Part shown: positions 1-12,700 of the stretch, piece after piece | How positions within the stretch are numbered: the first letter of the stretch is position 1 | Layout: each line of letters opens with the position of its first letter | Source of the DNA: Phoronis australis | Taxonomy: Eukaryota; Animalia; Phoronida | NCBI GenBank assembly: GCA_002633005.1 | Contig: NMRA01000389.1 | Coordinates: 186,001 to 250,000, forward strand | Reading direction: 5' to 3' | Length of the DNA: 64,000 nt | Made by a program: the position numbers and the translations under genes | The notes under the pieces: model-generated | Told to the model about the DNA's origin: nothing | Database searches by the model: none | What the model saw: only the letters and a program-made list of their open reading frames with translations

Positions 1-538
1 TTTAGCAGAAAAGAAAGGTACAATCATAGTAAATCAAGTTTATCAATAACATGACCAAATTTCATTTTATGTAAATGTTCAAGAAGAATTATAAGAAGTC
101 CTATTTTTGATAGCCTCTCTGGTTAAAATGAATTAATTTTAATGCAATATTCGTAACATTATTTTGAAGAACAGTGCATAAAACATAGTTACTTAAAAAT
201 TCATGTGTATCCGATCAGACATTTCTGAAATAGGATGTTTCGAAGTTAGCCAAATTCGGACAGTTTTCTGGAGTCCTGCATAACCTTAAATAGCGAGATG
301 CATCTAGTAAGGTGAACAGCCTAGTTGTACTTTATTTTGATTCTGAAGGTCGTGAACGAAACTTGAGACATTTTACATAAACTGTCTGTTTTTATGTATT
401 TCTTCATACACTTTTAGTCGATAATTGCTCATAACCTTTTGCCCCCTTTTCATTACATGACTTATGAACGTCATTAAGTAATACTGATTGTGTTTTACAA
501 CAAATTACCAGAAATTGTATGTTCAATGCAAATTTCAG

Positions 539-740
539 TGATGTGAACTATCTGACATCTACGGCTCCACCAGCGGCTGCTGAGTGGCAGAACTTGCTGC
601 GACCCCTGCGCGGTCGTGAACCCGAGGGAATGTGGAACTTGCTGTCAATTGTGAGGGAAATGTTCAAGCGTAGTGACAGTAATGCCATTCCTCTTTTGGA
701 GATTCTCACAGATGAAGTGATGGCTTGTGACACTGTCAAT
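539..740 (+). CDS. ZSWIM8: ZSWIM8 coding exon (first in window)
   Basis: tttcag acceptor, GTGAGT donor; DVNYLTSTAPPAAAEW...MACDTVN. Confidence 0.92.
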
Positions 741-3700
741 GTGAGTCACCTGAACACCTGTTTGTGTGAGCTCTGTCACATTAAACTTGTTCTCAGAACA
801 TTCGAGCGTATCCTAAATCTTGAGGGCTGGGGGGGAGGGCAGAACCTGACTATTTGGCCAAAAACACCGGGCATGCAGTGCTAGCCTTGGGGTCCTTACT
901 TGGGGTGTAACAAAAGTTTCTAACGGTTATTTGGTTCCCACTCAGTTTTAAAGTTTCGTGTCAAATTTTCAAGAATGTGCTGAAAACTACCTTGGTGTGA
1001 CCAGGTGCTGACGATGGTCTTGATATGTAGGATGCTCATAGATGTGTGATGCGTGCCCCATACTTTGGCGTCTTCACTTTGACTCTGTTTTAGTTAAGCT
1101 CAACATGTTTAAATGGGTGTATTCGCTGTTGACTGTCATTGCCTGTGTGTCATGGACAATAGGTTTCTAAAATCGCAAGCTAAAGTATCCCAATATATTC
1201 TAGGTGTGCATTGAGTTGTATTTCAATCTAGCTACTTGGTATATAGATGTTTTAGTCTCATAATTGACCCTGTACTAGTTAGCCACAGTTACTGAGGTGT
1301 CACTGTTTTGGCAGTTTTTATTAGGCCACCCTTAAAATATCATTTTTAAAGTGTTTTCTTTTTTCCAGTTATTGGTGTGGTGGTTCCAGACAAAGATCTC
1401 AGCGTCGCATAACAGCGTTACTTGCTACAGTAGGAACAACAATGCGTCCAATCAGCACGCTGCAGCCAGTCTTTGCGATGAGATTGTCACGTTGTGGAGG
1501 CTGGCAGCACTCAACCCTGCCCTGTCTCCTATAGAGCGAGAGGATTTAGAGGCAAAACTGAGAGACTGGCACATAAAGACTGTAGATAAGGTACGCAAGG
1601 CACGTGGTAATACCGCCGGTAGTGCAGCCAATCCTATGAAGAAGAGCGATATCGAACTGTTCTCTGGTTTTAAATCTGCCATTGAAACATGTCAATTGGA
1701 TTGGACTGATTATCCTATTCCTGGCGTCACATTTATGGAAACGAAACCTAGTCATAAGCCCATAATTACGCCCAGAGGAAAGTTCAACAACTCGACGAAT
1801 AAGGGACTTGGACTTTTGAAAAAGTGTTCTGACAAAGTAAATGCTTGGTCAGAGGCATGTGATGCATCCAACAGGTACCAAAAGATGAAAGTCACCGATG
1901 GTAACCTGAGTTCGGGTTCAGAAGGTTTTTGTGAGAATGAGCGTGACCTCGCGCAGCAAGACTCTGACTCAAGTGTTGCTGACGATAGTTTCAGTACTGT
2001 TAACAAAGATGTCTCTTTCCATGCGACATCATCCCTAGACCAGCAGGTACATTTTGAAGCTGAGCTGAGTGTGGCTGATGACCAGTCTGAAGCTACTGCC
2101 GGTGGTGGTGCGGCGGTAGAGTCAAGTCAGCTATCAGGGGATGAGTACCAAATGTATTTCTTTGATCCGAGGATCAAGTTGGAGGAGAAAAAGAAGAAGA
2201 CTACTGATGATGCGGACTATTTTGCTAGCCTCAGGAAGATTGATAATAGGCATGAGGTAAACATCGCTGGTCTTGATGAAAATTGAAACTGCATTTCGCC
2301 CTATTTGGCTGTCATTTTAAGTTCAAGTTTTTAACCTAACTCACAGGAAACAGTCATTGTTGCGTGACAATACCAACCTATTTTTGAATGGAAGTTCCTG
2401 CACACCATTTTCAAATTGAGGTGTTGTATGTTCTTCTTTATAACACAACACAGGCGGTATGTTGGTATTGAAAAGTTTGAGACTAATTTTGTAAGAGCAA
2501 AAGGCCAAATTCAATTATTCAATTTTTGTTTTTTTAGTCAGCTAATTGGGCAAAATACAGCTTAAACTATTCTTATTTATTAATAGTGGCAACCACACCT
2601 CAAGTGCTTTTATCATATATGCGTATATTGAGGACCGTACTCCTTTACATGTTGCTGTGCCTCCATGCTGATTTCTGTACCTCCATGGGGGTAAAACAAT
2701 GGATCGCATTTCTAAAATATTATGCGAGAGGAACTTTACACATCCATTGACTCATTTTCAATGTAACTATTAAATGAAATGTGTTAAAGGGGGAGAAAAT
2801 ACTCAAATAACACCCCTGTCCTATGCACAAGAAGTAGCTGCATTTGTCTAACAAAGATTAGGGAAATGTGCCTGTATGCGAGGTTCTTGAGTGAAAAATT
2901 CTTTGAAAATACACAAGATTTTGGTTGTAGGTGCACTGACAGTTTTGAACATGTTTGAAACATAATGTTTAAAATTGTTGATTTATATATTAAGTCATGT
3001 TGATGGGTGACAAACTTTTTGTTGATTTCTCAATAGTTGATTTACCTGCAGTGTGGTTAGGATAGGAATAATTTGAAGATCGAATAAACTTATGCCTTCT
3101 GTCAAAAATCAACTTTTGATTTAGCCCTGTTGCCATTTTAAGACCCTCTCATCTTGCTCAAACAAGAAGTCATTTCTAGACTTGAAAAGAACAGAAAATT
3201 TTTTCTCGCTTCAAACCATGCTCAGTAACTTGCTCATCAGGTTAATGTGAGCCAATGGAGCTGTATCACTCGTGGGCAATTCCTGGCATTTTATTGTAAC
3301 CATTTTCAGTTCAAACACAGGATAAGAACACAATTACAAGTGCAATTTACTCCTGTGAAAGTTTTTTCGACACCGAAACGTGGTTTTGAGCTGCTTTATA
3401 GAGTTCTTCACTTTTTCAGATTTTATTCGCCAGAGCTGAAAGTTTGCACGCGCATGGTTACATCAGACATGCGTGTATCCTGGCCCAACAACTAGCTGAA
3501 GAAATGTTGGCTAATCCTCCTGATCTCATGTCTGAAAACCTTAATTATTCAGGGAAAGGTACATTGTACAGCATGCAGCCTCGACTGGCAATTTCATCTC
3601 TTGAGTAGTGACCTGTTGTTTAGCTATAATTTGTTGCCTGTGATAATGTCTCTTAGCTATCAGTTGTTTGTCTACATTTTGTTGCCTGTGTATACTGAGC

Positions 3701-6700
3701 ATGTTGCCAAATGTAAGCTGGCTGACATGAACACTATATAGACTTATGTTTATTGTTACTTTTTCTATTTACAACAGAGAGTAGCCAATAATAGTCTAGA
3801 TATCAGAATCACAGCATATTCAGGTGTATTGCAAATACTATTTTACTGCGTCACTTATCTTCAATTCACATGTTTTAAAAATTGAATCCATGTTTCATGT
3901 CAAAACATAAGTGGACTTCATAGGCACTTAATTTCGGTTGTGCATTGGTTTTAGGAAAGAAAAAGAAGACTCAGTCCAACATTAGCTCATTCACCAGTAC
4001 CACCCTGGCTAAGGCTGCCTTCCTATGTATGGTATTGTTGGAAGATGCTGAGTGTCACCATCTGGCCTTCCAGATGGGCATGTTTGGCCTAGAGATGCCT
4101 AGACAGCCAGCTTGCAGTAAAGCATTGGAGGTAGGTGGCACATTTATTGTGGGCCTATTCTGCAGTCATTGCCAACTACTTTGGGTAGGTTTTCTTGTTT
4201 TTGAATGACCTGCAAGTGTGTGTGTCCATTGATCATTTGATGTACACCATCATGTTGTTTGTACAAAAGTGGTTCATGATTCAATCCAAATCCTCAAGCT
4301 GGGTAATTACTTAAATTTATGTGACTCAAGGTTCCAAGTAATTTTGATGCACCCACATATATGCGGGTGCAAACTTTCCAGGTGTCTGGAGACTGCAGTT
4401 GTATCTCCTGAACTCCTTGAAGGATTTTCATGAAATTGGCAGGTGTGTTGCTATGAACACGACGATGGATGAAGAGGGGTTTCAAACAAATATGGCTACT
4501 GCGGTGCCACCAAGAGACAATGATGTTTTTAAGTCCCTCGATGGATCTTTAACAAACTTGCCAAACATGTTTTGTATCAAGAAGGGGATGTCTGAAAACT
4601 TACCGAAGATAACATCATGACATGAGAAAGTATGGATAAATTCACTTTCTTATTTAACCATTAAAACAAAGAAGACGAAAAGGAATGTCCAAATTCACAC
4701 GACCAGTACAGATGGATGATATCCTTTGTTTTTGTTTTCCACAAAAGGTGCACATTTGGGAATCTATGACTCCAATTTTACATAAAAAGTAACTGCTTAA
4801 AAGGTATTACGTCTGACAGATTCGAAACCATTTCAACTTTGTATCACATGTACTGAATTTAATATTAATGGTAAATATTATTTATATCACCGAAGATTAA
4901 CGACTGTTAAGCCTTGTGTCAGATACTTAAAAACAGAATTTCTTTTTGAGTATTACAAAACAAAAATAATCATATTTACAAAAATTGTGAACATTCTAAT
5001 TTAACAATAGATAGACTGCTGTGGATCTTTTATCTGTTGTTTAACGTATGGCTTGTGAGGCACCATGAGTGAGTGAGTGTGCTTGTGTAAGAAACCTGAC
5101 AACATGTATGTATCGGATGTATACATTAATGAATACATAAAAAAGAAGGGGAGTTACCTGGCAATATGCAGACGTCTCTGTCATGTGTGTCCCTGGTGAC
5201 AATTCTGTTGTTTTGGTGTCCAGTTTTTATGTCCACTTCTCTATCTGCCAAATGGTTTGAAGTACCGTATTCGCCGTAATAACCGCCCATGCCCCTATAA
5301 GCGCCCCCCCACGCGTTTTCAGACTTTGCTGAAATAAGCGCCCAGTCCATGAACGTGTACATGCGAACAATGACGTACCTATAGTCCTAAAACTCGGCTA
5401 CAGTAACGTCTTCATTTTATCAAAAAAATTTTGCAGGGGTCTTCTAGACCACCAGCGGCACTGCTACGTTTGTATTTATCCGTGACTTTACACTTCAAAG
5501 TAACGCAGTGCTTCAAAAAGAACGCAACAGCGTTGCTACGCTCTCGCGATGACCGCGTCCCACTATGGTCTGACCTTTCAGTAGACACATCGATCGTCTG
5601 TCTCATGAATAAAAATAACTCGGTGTTAAACGCACGTGGCTAGGAAGCACGCGCTACATATCCATGAACCTGTCATCAAAGACATTAGTCGGGAACTATC
5701 CATTCATGAAACGGGTAGCATAGCATCGATAAGAAATGAATATTGGCACTAATTTCCGACAATTTCTAATACTATAAAACATGTTTGCATTATTTTTGAG
5801 ATGGATTGGTGTTTTTAAGCCGAATATCCCATAAAATGACAACTGACAGTGAATGCTTACACACCCTTACACCGAAAAATACCTGTCAGATAGTTACGTA
5901 GCATCCAGCTACACGGCGACTAATATGGGCCTTACCGAGACAAATGTCGAAACTTTTTAGCACGAGACCGGCAAGTGCTGAATGAAACACGCTCTGGTTT
6001 AAGCCTACTGCTTTTGCAAATTTCTTTAGACACATCTAGCTAGTTAGGTTGTGTGGCTCTGGCCAAAAGACGGTCTCTGCTTTGGCAAATGAACTCTGGT
6101 GACACGCACGCGCTCGCTTACTCGCAGACGAACTTCAAAACAAACGTCACGTGACAACAACATGTGTGTTCGTCCAGACATTTTTCTCGCCGTGTTGCCG
6201 ATCATAGGTGTAGATGGCACGATGTTGCACAGATTTGTACTTAAACCTGCCGTTAATCCACGGGAACTTAAAAAATCTTAGAGACGCTACTTATGAAACT
6301 TAATGAGGATTTCAGCTAATTTGCTTGAGTCGAAAAAAATTTTATTCAAGCATTGAAGTCGCTATATTGAAGACGGCGATTTCGAGGCAGTCAGTCGGCG
6401 AGTTTTTGCCTGGGATTTCAGCACAATTTTCTGTAACATGATCGTAATTTAAAAGCAAAGTTTGATAGCAATGCACCACAGTTTTGTTGAAAGTCTTTCA
6501 TAGCTTACATATACGTCACAGAGCGTAACTTTGATGAATCTTAGCTTCCGATTTCACCCGTTTCGGAGACCGGGTTTCAACCGCCTTGGGTTATAATAAG
6601 CGCCCCCCCCTGAAACGAACTTTTCTAAGCGCCCTGGGCAGTTATTACGGCGAATACGGTACTCGTTTTGAATTTTGAGGGATGTATTGCTGTTGAGCAT

Positions 6701-9700
6701 GTGATAATTTAGGTTTTCTTCCAATATCAACCAGGAATGCATATTTGCAAATTTTGCGATAACCAGCACTGCCCGTCTCTAACTCAATTTTAAATTCTCT
6801 GGTGTTTCTTACTTTTGTACATGGCAATGTTTGAAAAAATATTTTCACCATTTATTGCACGCGCACTGTCCATAAATGAATGCTCTGTATTGTTCTTGTT
6901 ATGATTTCTGCCAGCAGTTGCTTCATTTGGTCAGTCTAGTATTTGAAATGTTAAATAGTACCAGGCAGTCATAAATCTGTCAAGAGTAAAAAAGTGAAGC
7001 CTTTGAAATACCTTAAAAACAGCCCCAACCATCAAACAGCTCCCTGTGGTAACATTGTAACAATGGAGTTATTTCAATAAATGCTTTCTAATGTGTCTGT
7101 TCATCATCCAAGTCCTAAATTCTCTTTACAGGTGAAGCTAGCCAATCAGGAGTGTGAATTGGTGACGTTGCTCAAGAAAATCCCTCTGGGACTAGCTGAA
7201 CTCAATGTGATCAGAGATCGGGCTAAACAGCTGCGTGAGGGCAACCTTCGTACCAGAGGCGATGCTTTGCTACCACTGATGTTGGCCAGTTTTATCTTTG
7301 ATTCGCTCTGTTTGCCAGGTGAGTGAAAAATTGGGGCTCTCTACTCATTCCAGTTCATTAATTACTAGGGAAAGAACAAATTTTGTAATATTGATTGTGA
7401 ATTTTTCACCTTTGATTATTATTTCCTTTTGCTAGTCCGACACGGTAATTTTTATGTTTCACAAATAGCAGTGTTCAACAAAAAATTATTGGTAACAGTT
7501 GTAAAAAATGATACAATCAAGACAATAAAAACTTATGAAAATTTGATGCCAAATTTTGATAAAACTTATGATCATAGTGAAGAAGTAAAGACTGTTAAAT
7601 TGTTGCTATGTTTGTTGTAGTGCTCTTTTCATGAAGGTTTTTAATGTGATGTTGGTTAAAATTAGCAGACTCAAGTAATTTTGTACCAAATTATAATATT
7701 ATGTCGCATGATCCATGTTTCTGTCCAGCTATTCCAGTGAATGGCAACAATGCGAGGCCTGCCAGTAGACAATCGTTACCTGCTTCAAACCGGATGCCAA
7801 CGGATGAACAACTTGGTTTTGACGCAGCCGTGGCAGCGCTTGGTTTGAAGGCTAATGTGTCGGAGGCTGAGCACGCCCTGCTGTGTGAAGGCAACCGAAG
7901 GCAGCGAGGCGACCTGGCCATTGCTATGTTGGTGCAGTACAAAGATGATCAAGAGAAACTAGATAAGGTATCTGTGCTGCGAAAGGAAGTGATTCCTTTC
8001 AAGGAAATAGGCTTACAGCTCACTCAATATGTAAAAATATTATGAGCTCGGAATGAAGCAAATACTTTACACTTTGAATGTTAACAGCTTATGTGTCTTG
8101 TGTTTTCAAAAAATGTTCGTATTGACATATTTCAGTTTTGTTCTCACAAAATTTGCCTCAGGCATATTTTTAACAGCTTAAAGATGTTTTAGTGTCAAGT
8201 TCGGACGAGTTTGTCAAAATAGTGATGTTTCAAGAAACTATCCATTTAATGTACAGCTCTAGGGTATTCATGAGTCAGATTACTAAACTGTTTCTTTTCT
8301 TCAGCTCATAACAAGTTGGATTGGTATGTTTCTGATCTCTGTAAATTGTATTTGTTTCATGATTAGTAGTATTGTAATTGGATGAATTTGTATCACAGCC
8401 TTACTGACGTATTTTCAGATACTGGATAAGTTACTAGACAAAGAAATTCACTCGCTGTACAAAGTTCCATCTCTTACTACCTACTTAAAGTCACCCAAAC
8501 AGAAAATACAACCAGTAGAATGTGCCCAAAGCTCATCTGATTGGTCAGCTTCAAGGAAACCATTCACCCGTCATGTTGCAGCCAACTTAGAATATTTAAA
8601 TTTGGAGCAGCAAGTGAAAGCAGTGGACTTGAGTGGCGGGGCTAAACCAAAGGTCCTGTCATCTGAGAAGTACACGAGGTGTGTTGGTTGTTGGATATGT
8701 CCAAATATTGCTTGCAAGTTTTCAGGGTCTCAGCACCCATTTTCAGGAAACAAATATAAAATAATGAGTTTTTTAGTGTGACTGAAACATGAGCTCTGTT
8801 ATCTTCCTAAAATGCTATTTTGAGAACGCTGTAATTTCTGAGTCTGGGTGGAGAAGTGACGAACCAAAACGTGCTGTAAATAAGATAGAGTTTGGTGTAA
8901 ACAGACCAATAGGTTTTAGAAATGGTTTGAGCACAGTTGTTTACCTGTACCTATGGCATGGTATGAAGTAATGATGGGCTACTTTTCCAGAGCGTCATCC
9001 AGTCTTAATTTACTTGAAGTCATAGGTATTGTGTATCTTGACTTCAGAAAAGCTTTTGATACAGTTAGCATGCTCAAAAAATGGTGAACCAGAATCTAAG
9101 TATACAAACAGTAAATTAATCGTAATCTTACTTACATATTAGGGCCCAAATCCTGTTCATACAAGTACTTCTTGCCCCTGTTGGGTAAAAGTTGAATTGG
9201 TGCAAGGGTTTAACACAGATCCACTCTTGTTTTTAACATTTATAAATGATTTGTCGCAATCGGTAAAACATTCTGATTTTGTTCTCATCGCGGATAATAC
9301 CACTCCTTGTGTAGCGCAAAACCATTTCTGTTGTCAAGCAAATGTCAGTGACTACATAACAAGCATTAAAGATTGGTTGACCTCCAACTGGTTGGTAGTT
9401 GACGTAGATAAGACCCAAGTCCAGGTTATGGGTTCTGCACAAAAACTGAGTCACGTTAACATTGATATTTATGCAAAACTTGATAACAAGGTTGTTTAGT
9501 ACACTCATTCTGCCATACTTCATTTATGAGGCAACAGTGTGGGAAACTTTCCCAATACTTGTTTCAATAGTGCAGCCCGTATTTTATTGGGAGCATGTTA
9601 GCAGTGTAGGTTGGTAGTATTTCTGTTAACGAGAAAGTGATGAGTATTGCAGTGACGGCACTTAAGGGTCCACCTTTGTCTCACTCATTCAATAGTAATT

Positions 9701-12700
9701 GTTGATTGTAACTGGAAATATATAATGCGTTATTTTGTTACTTACAGCCGTGACACAGATTCATCGGCTATGGAAGAGGAGGGTGACAGTTGTGACTACA
9801 AAGCCTGGGAAGCCAAGTTCAGGTGTACCAGCTTAAGAAACCCAAAGAAACACTCCGTTGGTAGGTATTGTTACAGGGTGTGCTGAAGAACTAGTTGTCA
9901 CCCCCGAGTAGTGTAGACACTAGACCTCATGTGAAGAACTCAATCATGGCAATTATTGGCCCACTTCCTCTGATGCTGTCATGTTGCATAGCTAGAAACC
10001 TGGACAAAGATTTTTAAAACCTTGTGAATTTTTTTTGTTTTGGATTTTATATAATTTTTAGAAGATTACACTGTTACTAATTGAAGTCGTACTATGTCTC
10101 CTGCTACCTGATGGGGGAAAGAGTGAGTGAGAACCCAATTGGAAACAAAGGCTGTGTTCCATAGATCCCACGACAGTAGCTTGCACTTGCGGTGAAATAT
10201 CTTTGCTGGTGGAATGGACACAGTCAATTCTATACCATAATTCAATATTCCAGCCTCACTGACCAATCACTTTGGTGGCCGCCATTTTGCTATGATAGCT
10301 TAGTAACCTGTGCATACTTGAGAAACACTCGCAAGGAACTTGGTTTGTGGAACACTAGCCTAGATAATTAGCTTTTAAGAAGGAACAATGTTCGTAACAC
10401 CTAAGCATTTGAACCTGAGTGCAAGTGGAGTTTTGTGTTCAAATCTTTGATATATTTGGTCGCTTAATCTTCTCATGTGACTTCATTTTGTCTACATTGT
10501 ACTAGACCAATCAGATGCTCATATCTGGACATGAAATCTGGTAAGAATTTGATTTCAAAAACATCAAAAATTTAATTATGTTTTCCTTTTTAAGGCATGG
10601 CCAGTATTGATAGCAGTGCCCCTGAAACAACATCCAGCGACAACTCGCCCACTTTAGTTCGCCGCAACTGGTCCAAGATTCAAGGTCCTGGCAGTGATAG
10701 CGGAAGTAGTGGGAAAAGCAGTGATTCTGTGGGATCTAGTAGTTCTGGAGACAAGGGCACTAGGGCTAAAGTCAGGGATGGAGAAAGGTGGGTATGACTG
10801 TCTAGAAGTGACATAGGGCACCACAGTTGGCACAGGGACCTGCCAAAGATGTCATCTAGATTATAAAATATACTGGTGATCTCGATAAGGGCACTAAGGC
10901 TCGAGTCAGAAAATGACAAATGTTAAAATGTGGTTATCTCATTACTTTTCACCATTTGTTTCCAAAGTTATATAACATTTTTATAGGCATTTGAGAATAC
11001 TTTGTAAATTAGTATCCATTATTTTTGTTAGCTGCTTCCTTCATTAGACAAAGCAAAGATCGCCAGTCATTTTTTCATTTACTTTTGGGCAAACGCCTCT
11101 TACAGGGGTCCCGTATTTTGAGAACCAGTTCATTGCTTATTATTCAGTGGAGAAACACTGGACCCCTATAAGTGACTATTACCAACTTCGATGCATAATG
11201 ACAATTTCAATGCAATTTAAGAAGTGATACTTGAGGAAATGCTCTAGAATTTTTATGCATGATGCATTTCTCAAAATGCCCATTTAGGTAAAAGCTAATT
11301 AAAGTCTTCTTGCCAGAAAGACTCTTCGTCATGTTTATAATTTGAGGTTCCTGCAAAATGATGCAACTGTAAGCAATACTGCCACATGATGAGAACAAAT
11401 TATTGAGTACTTCTGGAAATTCCCTGTATTTTCACAAGTTTTGATGTGTAATTTTGACTTTGAGTACTTTTTTTAAATGATTGATTATAACCATCATCTG
11501 GCACTGTCACATATTGGAAGTTCAGTCTTCACATGGATGTACATTTTGCAAATTAAACATTGAAAACGAGTCAAGGTCCAAAGATAGCCAGTGCGCGCCT
11601 TGTGTTTGTTCCTTGCAACAAGCTCCTATAAAATGTGTCAGTCACGTGATCTAGGTTTCAATGTTGTCTTTAAAAGATTTATTAAAGATTATTCTGTAGT
11701 AAAGTCTTTTGAACACTTATGTTGAATGAGATTCTTACTATTACTACAAGAACATTGGTGATTGTTTGTATGCTTTTCAGTCCTGTTGGTATGCAGCGGT
11801 TCAACCAACATGTCATGGTAGACACCAGAGGTGGGCTACCTGGGAAAACTCCTCGGTTTAAGGGTAAAAACCGTATGCCTACAGTACCGAATCAGCCAAG
11901 TGAAGCATCAGCCCACTTCATGTTTGAACTGGCCAAGACTGTGTTGGTGAAGGCAGGTGGAAGCAGCACTACGTCACTCTTCACCCAGCCCAATACAACC
12001 AGCAGCCACGTCACTTCTCACAGAGCATTACATTTGTGCGCCTTCCAAATAGGACTATATGCGTTAGGACTACACAACTGTGTGTCTGCCAACTGGCTGT
12101 CTAGGACTTACTCATCACACGTATCATGGATAACAGGTAATTGTGAACAGCGGGATGTGATTGGATGAGATCTTTTGAAGACTGTTGGAAAACATAGTTC
12201 TTTGGTTACGTCAGCTGCTTGTCAACGAGAGCCAGGTATAAAATAATCTTTTCAAACTGTCGATGGCAAATATGAAAGTGCATGATCTTCATAATGCAGT
12301 AATACAAGAACATTAGGCTTCCACTCCACCGAAGACTAGAAATTTGAAAGTGTATCTTGTTATATAATTTTAGCATTGCTGACTGGGGAATAAAACACAA
12401 ATACTAAACTATACATCATGAGTCTTTGCATTGCTGACTGGGGAATAAAACACAAATACTAAACTATACATCATGAGCCTTTGAACTAGCATAGGTTACA
12501 AAGTTGCATGTACCAGCTTTGTGTCTGTGTCTTTGATTTGCTTGTCATAACTCAGAGGGGAAGTTGATTGTTGTTTTTTGAATGTGGACTTTTGAGATTC
12601 AGGTATAGAACACGTAAGCTAATGAGTTTATGTGTTATTGCTATTCTAGGTCAAGCGATGGAAATAGGCAGTGCAGCAATTAATATACTGATTGATACAT

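Noticed and set aside
7968-7976. GTATCT donor as a U12-type intron
   Set aside because: Does not match GTATCCTT and no U12 branch site is visible
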